Assembly: GCA_964016885.1 (NCBI GenBank)
Contig: OZ024745.1
Location: forward strand, 114,824,001 to 114,888,000
DNA: 64,000 bases
Source: Eledone cirrhosa
Lineage: Eukaryota
Direction of reading: 5' to 3'
In this document: positions 52,891 to 64,000 of the stretch, in pieces
Layout: every line of letters starts with the position of its first letter
How positions within the stretch are numbered: position 1 is the stretch's first letter
Notes under the pieces: model-generated
What the model was told of the DNA's origin: nothing
Database searches by the model: none
The model's input: the letters and a program-made list of their open reading frames with translations, nothing else
Translations under genes and position numbers: made by a program

Positions 52891-55800
52891 CTTTAAAAAG
52901 AATCATAAAAATAATATCCATTGCATTTTTACCACTATTTAGCCATGTGTGTGAGTGTCTGCATGCAAATAATGTGTGTATGTGTATGAGAAAGAAAGGG
53001 GACGCCCACAAAATAATTTTTAAAATGTGTGTGTGTGTGTGTGAAAGAAAGAGGACACAAACAACATAATTGTGTGTGTGTGTGTATATATACATATGTA
53101 TATATATATCATTGTGTGTGCATAAGTGTCAAATTAATTGTGTTTGAGAGCATGAGTTTATAATGAAAAGTAGATTTGACTAAAACTTATGTAAATGGGT
53201 TGGTCTAGGATGAAATAAAAATAAGTTTAAGATAAAACATACATAGTTTTATTTCTAAAGAAAAAGATGCAGAGCCATAACATCTACCAATTTAATCAAC
53301 TATTAAAGATAAAGATCTACTTCTATTGTCCCTGTTAAGATTTCATTGAAATTATTAAATAGTCAAAAGAATTTATGACATCAAAAGAATGTTTACATCT
53401 ACTTTGCCATGCTGGCATAGTTTGGGCAAGACATTTTGAGGCAATTTTTCTATGGCTAGATGCTCTTCCTGATGTCAGCACATACTTTATTCCCCCACTC
53501 CTCCTTAAGTATGGTATATACTGCTCATCTTCATTGAACCAATTACCTGCAAGCCATTAACAAACATCACTGCTTGCTTTAAACAATATTAATATGAAAA
53601 TAGATACATGCACACACATGACAGTTTCTCTCACAGTTTTCTAATACCCACAAGCTTTTGGTCAATCCGAGACGTCTGTGGAAGGCACTTGCCTAAGGTG
53701 CCGTGCAGTGGGGTCAAATCCTGAATCACATGATTGTGAACACAAACTTTTTAACATCAGTCATACCTGCATCACATTCAGATTTACTTCAACGGCTTAT
53801 TACATATTGTTATTTGATATTTAGTATCATCTACACCATCACTTCCTCATGAACAACACTTAAATGCACATTCTACAATACAAATACAAATAGGATGTGT
53901 CTGCAAATCATTATCTTTGCAAGTTTCTTCACTCCTATTAGAGAGCCAACATTGCTAGGTTTAATCAAATTCCTTCATTTGAAATCTTTCTTAATCTGCC
54001 TGTTTCAGAAATACATTCCACCACTAACACGTATGTCACTCTTTCACAAGAGATGTATTGCATCATACATTCACATTTAATCACGTCACCTGCCTACATT
54101 AGACAATGTCTTTGACATTATAGTATATCTAATTTATTTTAATATACACACACAGTGTTAGCCACAATCTAAGATTTATTCTATAGTACATTATAGCATC
54201 AAAACAAAACAGTGCTTAATGCATCAGTAATTTATTTATGTCTTTGATATTTAGTTGCTTTCTCCCAGACACATAATGAAACCTGAACACTAGGCAGCTA
54301 TTGTAGCATACAGTAACAATGATTCATTGATTCTTTCATTCATTCATTCGTTTTTGGATATCTCAAAATATCTAAATATAAGAAGTTTCTTGAAATGTCT
54401 AGAATTAGAATATTAACAAACAAAGTTATATTAACCAATTACTGAAGGCTTAGTGGTTAGAGAACTGAATTCACAATTGTGAGATTGCGAGTTTGATTCC
54501 CAAACTGGACACTGTATTATGTCTTTGAGCAAGACACTTTATTCTATGTTGCTCCTTCTGCCAGGAGTTGCAGCCAGTAGATAGTATCAGCAATGGAAAG
54601 ATCAATAGAAACATTGTTTCCTTGGTCTGATTTGATGAGTTCCACCTCACTTGGAAAGCAAATGAGGTCTGGGATCTTGTTGATTGATTCCTTTTCCCTC
54701 CTTCCTAACACATTAGTTATTGATTAGCCAGATAAAGCATTGTACAGTACATTCACTGTACACTTTATATTATTTAGATATTATTCTTTTATTAACTAAT
54801 ATAACAAACAAAAAAGCTTTGAAAAAAGCTTAAAGTCTAAATAAACCACTATAATACTATAACAAGTAGATAAAGGAAAAAGAAAATAATTATATATATT
54901 TTTTGTTTTATCACAATATCAGCATTTTGAACTTTGAGCACTTGTTTCTAACAGACTTATAGTTCAGAATTAGTTATTTAGCTATTAAGTATAGCATTGG
55001 TGCTATTGCCTATCTGATTTAAATCCTAGCATAATTTAAGTGCCTAACTTCAGTATGTTTCAGGACCATAATACATATATTGTCATACAGTGACTGATTG
55101 TAAAAAGGTTACAAAAACCACCCCGACTTTATGTACACAACTGTTCATTTTTAAATATTTTTATTTATATATTCCATCATAATTTTATTTAAGTAATGTT
55201 TCAAATATCAACTTAATAATGAAAAACGTAGTTATTTCTTTAATTTTTTCAAATTTTAAAACTTAATTCATACATATAGGTAGTGTATTTCAATAGAAAA
55301 ATGGTAACAAAAGGGTTAATCTTTTTCTTTCTAACATTTTTTAAATAGAATATCAGTGGTTTTCATTTCAGAGACATTGCAGTAAGAGAACTCTTTTTAA
55401 TTCTAAACTAAGTTGTTGCAGTACTGTTAAGAATCAGACTAATTCTTCAATGCATTTCATATTTAATTAATCTTAATTAAAATGTTGGGGTGTTACCCCT
55501 GCCAATTTTTTTTTTACCAGAATTATTCATGTAAATAATTGTTTCTACTTTTGGCACAAGGCCAGCAATTATCCCAATGTATTACTGGTACTTTATTTTA
55601 TCGACCCCGTAAGGATGAAAGGCAAAGTTAACCTTGGTTCATCATCAAGAGCATAATTTTAAATTATTAAGATTTCTTGGCTTACTAGTAAGCTACCACA
55701 CATCTTACATTAGAAATAATTAAACTTTTGTACTCTAATCTAGAAGCCAGTATATATGTACTTAATAATAGTATTATAAATGTTATCAACTGATCTAAGT

Positions 55801-58800
55801 GAAACTGATAAGACTAGGCTCAAAGGTTGCCTGATAAATTTCTTTCTAAATAGAATTCTATTTAATTAAATGTACCTCTGAATACATTCATATTAAACTC
55901 ATAATACAACTCACTGGCTACTAAAGATTTATTTATTGACTGAAAGATTAAAGTTCTATTTCAGTTAGAATTTTTGATCCGAAATATGTTTAGACACAGT
56001 ACACATTTACAATTGATTTCTAAGCAAGACAGCTTAAGCTTTAGGGATGTTATGGATTTTTTTTCTACCGAGGTTACGTATAATATGTCAAGTTAAGGAC
56101 ACCAAATAACAGATACCTAGCTCAATAACAATCATCTACCTAAAATTGTAGGTAAAAGATTTGCAATGGTAAAGATAACACCTGTACACCCAATTCATAT
56201 ATTTATGAGCTAACAAAGGAGCCTCTATATAGTCACTCAGATTCCAAGAAATAGCAAACCGGAAAGTGATAATCATTTGATTTTAGATCTTTCAATTCAT
56301 GATTTGGATTTGTTAAACTAAAATACTGTAAAAATATATTCTAATTATTCTACTGAATCTTTGTAGCTTTCAACACTCTCCTTATAATTAGATGATAACG
56401 CTTCGAGTAAAGTGCTTCAGGTTTATCTGGATAAATAACCTTTTCTTAGCAGTGGATGTATCAGCAATTCCCAGTGATAAGCCAACCTTGCAACCTAATG
56501 ATAATGAGATGAATCATTGAAGTGAGAAGCTAAAGGTCAAGGCTAGTGCTGGAAGGGGTGGGGTGACGGGCTATAGATTGTGTCCTATCTCATGAGCATT
56601 TATTAAAATGTGTAAACTATGAAATATTAATAATTGTCAGACAACCAGAATTGTGACAGCTAGTATCACAAGACCAAGCAAAAGGGTGTAACTGAACTTA
56701 GAATGAAGCTACATGTATGATATACTTAGGCACACTGAGAAGATTCGTGGGATTTTGATCACACCCACAGGTTTTAAACTTGGTACTGTAAGGCAACTAA
56801 TTATCAGTTAATTATAGAAGTTAGCTATCATTTCATAATATTTTCTTAAACTCAGAGAAATAAGTGTCTGCATCATAGACACAGTACAGAACTAGAGGTA
56901 AGATATAAAACCTCAACCTTTTAGCAGATTGAAAATTAAATATCATACAGATTTGGTCATTTGCTATTCTCACATTAAATATCATATTGATTTGGTCATC
57001 TAAAGTTCTCACAGCACTTTAACCTCATATACTAACACTAAAAAAAAAAATTACTGCTGATGAAATGGTAACAAGAGTAGACGTTAAAAATGTTTGTTGT
57101 TTTTTCTTTTATTCTATTGCTAACTTTATCCAATGGACTACAGCCTTACTTGATTATATCAACTCCAGTAGTTTTGTTTAATATTTGTTTTATCAACCTC
57201 TGAAGAAGATATGACAAAGTTGCCTGGAGTGACATTTGAATTCAGAAAGCAAAAGAACAATACAAAATATTACAATGTATTTTGCCTAATGCTCTACCAA
57301 ATTTACCAATCTATTAACTATTGCTGTCTAATTTTTTTAAGCAATTTATTTCATGTAAACCGTTTCATCATAGATCAGATAGTTTTTTTAAAGAAAATAA
57401 TAGAACGTTTAATAAAGTTTTGAAGTTGTTTGTCTAATTTCCTCTTTTGCGTAGCTTACCAATAATATATGTACTACACACAAATGGTTGATTGAAACAA
57501 TTTGAGTGATATATGCAATAAGTACAATTAGCAAGGTCTTGAAAACTGTATGATGCCAGAAAACAGTTTTTAGATGTGTAATGTGAAACAAGAATGATAT
57601 TTCATTTGAAACCACTCACATTCGCATGTCAAATTCAGCACAGCAATACTGTTAGTATATTTGTAATTCAAACCTACATATAAGTGTGTACACACATACA
57701 CACGCATGATAAAACACGAAAATCATTTCATAATAAAGGAATTTGATTTCAAAACCCAGTCAAGAGAAATACAATGTTATTTATTTAAAAACTAACTAAA
57801 CTCAAGACAAGGAAATCAAATTTAAGAAATTGAAAAATATATATATAAGATGAATGATATAAAATGAAATATTTAATATGTTTCTAAATGAATAAAGAAG
57901 ACACAATATGAAAGTAGTTTTTTTTTTTCTTTCTTTTAATTTCTTGAACACTTAAGGTCAATTATCTTATCCCTTACTCTCTACAACAATGGAATTTGAG
58001 GTTAAGAGACTGGAATGAACCTCTGTCCATTTTAACAACGAATGTTAAAATTCCTTGATCAATGGAACAGCCTGCTTATGAAATTAATATGTAAGTGGCT
58101 GAGCATACCGCAGATACATGTACAAGACAATTCAGCATTACACAGTGAAAGGCTGGCCCATTAAATTACAAGTACAATCCATCGGATGGGCTTCCAAACA
58201 GCTTCTGCCTACTTACTTTCACTTGCAGGGCATGGGTCAATCTGAGGCTATGGTAAATAACACTTGCCCAAGATGCCATGCAGTGGATTGAATTCTAAAC
58301 CTAATGATTGGAAGTAAACTTCTTAATCAGTCAGCCATGCTGCATCCAAGAGACTAGATGTTTAAACATTCCATAAAAGAGCTAAAACTAGTAAAAGCGC
58401 ATGGTCTAGTGCTTAGGGTGTTGGACTTACGATCATACTGTTGTGGGTTCGATTCCTGGACTGGGTTGTGTGTTGTGTTCTTGAGCAAAACACTTCATTT
58501 CATGTTGTTCCAGTACACTTAGCTGAAAATGAGTACCAGCAATAGTTGGGGGTTAAAACCTGTGACGAACTGGTGTCCTGTCCAGGTGGGGAGTCTCGAA
58601 CTCTCAGTCATTTAATGAGATAAACACTGGCCTGACTGATAGACTTTAAAAGCTAGGAATATAATATTCCATAAAATATAAAGCTATTATTTTCTGAATC
58701 AAGGTTGACTGGGTTATCGAATGTCCTGATCTGAACAAAACGAATACAGGTTCAGTGATAGGATTTAAACTGGCCACCTCAAGACTGGGAGTCCAGTATC

Positions 58801-59128
58801 TTATTGGCTTAACAAAGGCTCAATGAAGTAAGAACAAATGTAATTTACAAATACATGTGTGTGCGGGTTTTATACTGGTGTTTCTGTATGTATATGTAGT
58901 GTGCATCTGTATACCTAACTGTTTAGGCATTCTTTTAATGGTTTTGTTTATTAGACTATGGCCATGCTGGAGTGCTACTTTCTAGGGATCTAAATAAATT
59001 TTATTGACCCCAGTATATACTTTATCGATCCCTATTTGTTGAACTGCTCAGTTAAGAGGCAAAAAGAAACAATAAATGCAAAAACAGTTACATACATGTG
59101 TGTGTATGACACACACACACACACACAC

Positions 59129-59185
<57 letters not shown>

Positions 59186-59188
<3 letters not shown>

Positions 59189-60652
59189 TCATCATTTAAC
59201 GTCCATCTTCCACGCTAGCATGGGTCTGGATGGGAATCTTGAGGCAAGATTGGTTGTCTTGCTCAGGACTGTCTGGCGGGTTTTCTACGGCTGGATGCCC
59301 TTCCTAACACCAACCACGTTTACAGTGTGGACTGGGAGGTTTTTACCATGTTACCTACACGGCCACATTACAGCGTGGACTGTGTGTTTTTTTGTCGTGA
59401 CACCTACACAACCTCATTTATTTAGGACTGGATGTTGTGGTACTAACATAGCTTTACATCGAAAGGGGTGGTGTAGATGGTGGTGGGGATAGGGGTAGTG
59501 GGACGGGGGTGTATTTTGGTTAAGAGGTGTCTACTGACTGTAGGTTTCGCTTTGTACTTAGGCAAGGCGGGTCTTCTGTATTACTACGTAGCGCCAAAGA
59601 GCTCGGTCCAGTGACATTGTCTTGGAGAGGTGTAAGTGTGTGAGGTCGGATTTTATCAAGTCGTCCCAGGTTTTTCTGGGTCTGCCTACTCCATAGCTAC
59701 CGTCTATTTTGATCGCCCTTCACTTTTTTATGCATCTGTCGTCTTCCATGCGCATCATGTGACCATACCAACGTAGTCTTCTCTCGAGTAAACAGCATCT
59801 GATCCCTCTTATTCCTAATTTCTCACTTAGTTCATTTATGCTTTGCCGTTTGTGTATATTACTATTACACATCCAACGGAGCATGCAAGCTTCGTTCCTC
59901 TCCAGTCTGTGTAGATCCTCTGCACACAAGGCCCATGTCTCCCTGCCATGTAACATCGCTGTTCGTATGCAGGCATCATACAGCCTGCCTTTTATTTTTA
60001 GAGAGAAACCTTTAGCGGCCAATAGTGGTATAAGCTCTCTGAACTTTTTCCATCCCGTTCGGACTCTAGCTACAGTACTTTCGGAGCACCCTCCACCACT
60101 GCTGATTTTGTCACCCAGGTAACGGAAGGTGTCCACTATTTCTATAGAACCATCTGGGCAATGGAATGAGCTAGTATTCTGTGGGAATTTGCTGCTACTT
60201 ATTGCACCAGAGCACCGGCCACATATAAAATCTATATTCTTAGTTAGATTACCTGTGATCCCACTACATCTTTTATGCACCCATACTTTGAATTTGGGAC
60301 ATAAAATGGAGTTTCTGCCTACTCCTTTCCTACACAGTGAGCATGGCCATTTCCTACAAACTAGAACTTTAGTCTTAGACAAGTTAACTTTAAGGCCTTT
60401 TGATTCTAGGCCATGCTTCCATGTTTGGAATTTCTTCTCTAGTTCAGCCATTGATTCGGCTATGAGCGTTAGATCATCTGCATATAGAAGTTCCCATGGG
60501 CAACTGGTCTTGAACTCCTCTGTTATAGCTTGAAGGGCAATAATAAATGGGAGGGGTCTAAGGACGGAGCCCTGATGAACACCAACTTTTACGCTAAACT
60601 CTTCACTATATTCGTTGTTAATTCTAACCTTGCTGACTGTTTCTTTATACAT
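59186..60652 (-). mobile_element. 5'-truncated RTE LINE with RT (GVHQGSVL, LLYADD), Cys/His finger and (GAT)n tail
   Basis: 310-aa ORF 59720-60652 with RT motifs. Premature TGA where the 5221 copy has TGC. Flanked on both sides by (TA/CA/TG)n. Confidence 0.95.
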
Positions 60653-60730
60653 GGCTTATATATATATATGTGTGTGTGTGTGTGTTGTGTATTTGATACC
60701 TGCAAGCATGGAAAATGGATGTTAAATGGG

Positions 60731-60776
<46 letters not shown>

Positions 60777-61819
60777 CTATCAACCAAGTTTCATTCACAA
60801 AATATTGGTCAATCCTAGGATATATTAGAAGACACTTGCCCATGATGTCACACTGTGAGATTGAACCAGAAACAATGGACTACAAAGTGAACTTCTTGAC
60901 CATACAACCATGCCTACACCTAAATATATATTACAATGTGTATGTATAAACAGCCTGTACCAGCTTTCACAATAGGTAACAAAATAAGCTGCATATCTAT
61001 AAACTTGGCCTATAAATGACCTGAAACCACTAATCAGGATGATTTTATGACACTGAACAGGATTCACTTCACCTGGTTATATTTATCTCCCAGGTGAAGA
61101 GATCCTTTAAAGGCTATGGGCATTGCACAGCAACCCCACTCTTCTTTCTTCATACTTCTCTTCAGACTAATTTAAACAACAATATTTTTGTACTATGTGT
61201 GTGTGTGTGTTTATGTATGCCTGTATAAACTAATTTGTGTGATGTGCATATTTACACTTATATATATTGCTCTTTGCATATGTATGTGCAGGGGGGGGGG
61301 GATTTGACTCTGCATGTGGCCCCTGCTATTTTGTTAAGGGAATCAGGTTGTTGATATAATTGATTTTAATCAATACTGTTTTTAAATGTTTATCAAACCA
61401 GTTGCAATGAAAGAAGCAAGGTTTGTTCCTGATGGGATTTGAACTGCGAACAGCAAGATAACTGAATCTTCAACATAATAAATCATCCATCCTCAACACA
61501 CTCATACACATACAACACACATCAGAAGTTCATGAACACACATACATATTTCCAAAATGTCAAAACACACTTTAATGAAACACTTGACAGACTCATCATT
61601 CTTCAACACTGATTAGTAAATATTCTAGCATCAACACCACCAACACCACCTGATTTCAGAAATTAAATTAGTATTATTTTAGATTTAGAATTATGTTTTT
61701 GTAATTTTAATAATTTAATCTATTTTTAGATGTAGTTTTTTTTTTAAAGTGTTCCCTAGCATTATCCCAAAAGCAAACTTATCAATGGGGGCTGAGAGTG
61801 TATTGGCCAGAGTAATCTG

Positions 61820-62300
61820 TTAGTTAGTTAGCCAAGCAAACTGACTAGTTATTCAACCAGCTCAGTCAAATGCCAGCAAGTTAGCCATCTAATTTAGGCC
61901 AAGAACCAGTCAAATGGTCACAGAACCAACCAATTAAGTGGAAGACTAATATGTCACCCACCAGAATACCAGTTAGATAGCAGAAAACTAACCAAACAAC
62001 CCAGTTGACTTGATGGGTCACCAATCAACCAAACAAACTAATCAGTTAGCTAGTCAATCCCAAAACAACAGCCAGGTTAATTAGCCAACCAATCAAAAGT
62101 TGCTAGCTAGCTGAAAAACCAATCAGCTGGTAAACCAGCCAGCCAATCAGCTTGTAGGTTAATTACATTAGTAGTCAGTCAATGAAACAGGAATTCAGCT
62201 GACCAAATAATAACCAATCAGCTGGTTAGAGGATCAACAGAAAGTTAATCAATTCAGCCAGCCAACTAACCAACAGAAAATTCAACCAGTCGGAACTTAC
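61820..62300. repeat. Decayed tetranucleotide-type repeat (aacc/cagt/tagc motifs)
   Basis: Recurrent aaccaatcagctgg, agttag and ccagcc motifs. Confidence 0.65.
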
Positions 62301-62408
62301 TGAAAAATGGTAGGGTTTTATTTAGATTCTGTTAATTTTTGTTTAAAATTTGCCTGCTTGCCTGCCTTTTTTCTTTCCTTCCTGCCAGCCTGATTAAGAA
62401 CGTCTTAC

Positions 62409-62595
62409 CTATAATCTATTACATCATCTATATTTTTCTTGCCATGTGCACGGTGCCAAAGATCCTTTACTTTATCTATTGCTTCACTTGCAACTGACTT
62501 CTTGCCTCTATTCCACTCATCAATATCGTCTAACCTGCCAATGTGTGACGACGTTGCTGATGGTGCCGAGCGGTATTCTTCATCATAACGGTCTC
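62409..62595 (-). CDS. CLINT1: CLINT1/epsinR exon (first in window, post-ENTH linker; DRYDEEYRSAPS...KKNIDDVIDY)
   Basis: Acceptor ttgaag| (NAGNAG alternative start 62592), donor AG|gtaaga. Phase 2 end joins the next exon as AG+T=Ser. Peptide resembles the recalled epsinR segment ERYD...WDEEW...DKIG after the ENTH domain. Confidence 0.82.
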
Positions 62596-63570
62596 CTTCA
62601 ATAATATTGGAAAGGTAAGAAAAAAAAGAAAAAAAAGAAAAAAAAGAGAAACAGCACAGAAAAGGGACAAACAATGAAAATAATAAGGGAGAAAAAAAAC
62701 AATGTCTAAAAAAATATTTTTGTTGATATAATTTTTTACTGTTTTCAATCATTGGACTGTGGCCATGCTGGAGCATGCATAGTTGATTACATCAAACCCA
62801 GTACTTATTCTATTGATCTTGGAAAGATCAAACAGGTAGTAGATAAGGGTGAAATTTGAACTCAGGATGAAAAGGGATGTAACCAAATGCCACAAAGTAT
62901 TTTGTCCAATGGTCTAGTGATTTTGCCATCCACCTACCAAACATATGAAGATTACGATGTAATAAGAAGAAATTTATCTGTGCTTTCACAGGTTTTTGTG
63001 CTCTATTGAGCCAACATTTATTTATCTTCCATTTCTATAGCATTAAATGGAAGAGAGATAACAGTTTATCAGAAGTAACTTTTCCTGAAAATGTCTTTTC
63101 AGCTGGTATCTGGTATCAACTGAATTATCTGCATTCCCCACAATACAATATAAAGGAGGCTACAGGTTTTAAAATACAGAAGAAGTCCATAAAGACTAGC
63201 AGTAACAAATGTCTATAATTCAGACAGTCACTTGAAAGTGTGTGATTTGATAATGATAAATTGATAGAGGGTCCCACAATAAGATTTACAGTCATAGTGT
63301 GTTGTTCTAATGAAATTCACAAATTAAATAAGTTATAAGTACAGTGGATAAGTGAAACCATTGATTAGAAATTTAAAAAATGACATTTTCTCTCTCTGAC
63401 GAAGGTTTGCTCTAAATGACAATACATGTCTCTCCATGGCACATTAACTTATCAAAGTTTGTGAACTTTACAAATTATTTTTGCCAACACAGATCACAAC
63501 TAGTTTCTTCAAACTCTAGTTCTTTTATATACTAGTGAAATTCAAGTCCACATTCTACTATAGTAATAAT

Positions 63571-63754
63571 TGTTTCTACTTTAGGCACAAGGCCAGCAAT
63601 TACCCAGTGCATTACTGGTACTTTATTTTATCGACCCCGTAAGGATGAAAGGCAAAGTCAACCTCAGCGGGATTTGAACTCAGATCGTAAAGGGACGTAA
63701 CTATGCTGAAAAGCATGGCGTCCGACCCTCTACCGATACTGCCAATCCACCGCC
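63571..63754 (-). mobile_element. Young SINE family A copy with about 21-bp TSD, beside an older SINE tail
   Basis: acattctactatagtaataat at 63550-63570 and 63755-63775. Confidence 0.92.
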
Positions 63755-64000
63755 ACATTCTACTATAGTAATAATAATTGTTTCTCGCACTGGCACAAGA
63801 CCACAAAATTGTTGGGCAGGAATATAATCAACTGAATTAATTCCAGCACATAGGGTTGGATGAAAGGCAAAGTCAACCCCCAAAAATCTGAAGACATCAG
63901 AATATGGATAGATGAAAATAAATCCTAAAGGTTAGGCATTTAAACTACCATTTCTACAGCTACACTGTTTTCATATATCAAATGATAATATTAACAATTA

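Noticed and set aside
59720-60652. Possible intact or domesticated reverse transcriptase gene
   Set aside because: 5'-truncated, no endonuclease domain, premature stop relative to the sister copy; an ordinary dead insertion.
36135-62408. Nested protein-coding gene or a Tel2-like fused exon as in Drosophila lqfR
   Set aside because: No long non-repeat ORF other than LINE fragments is visible anywhere in the window.

Overview
AT-rich, repeat-dense eukaryotic DNA; the SINE/RTE repertoire and very long (TA/TACA)n tracts suggest a cephalopod, probably Octopus (inference). The window holds the 3' part of one minus-strand gene, clathrin interactor 1 (CLINT1/epsinR). Nine core exons between 62595 and the stop at 4709 splice GT-AG with consistent phases; the ENTH-domain exons lie beyond the right edge. 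A 93-nt poly-Ala cassette exon (15242-15334) is missed by the ORF track. Introns contain two main tRNA-derived SINE families, RTE, CR1 and RLE-type LINE fragments, hAT and piggyBac-like MITEs, many fold-back inverted repeats and kb-scale microsatellites. Almost all long ORFs in the track are microsatellite artefacts. The best leads are candidate microexons and zero-length (recursive) splice sites in the 26-kb intron, inverted SINEs and hairpins around the 3' cassette-type exons (possible dsRNA editing substrates), a PHD-like finger inside the RTE ORF, and a palindrome with its likely ancestral copy nearby. All microexon calls are motif-based and need RNA-seq.
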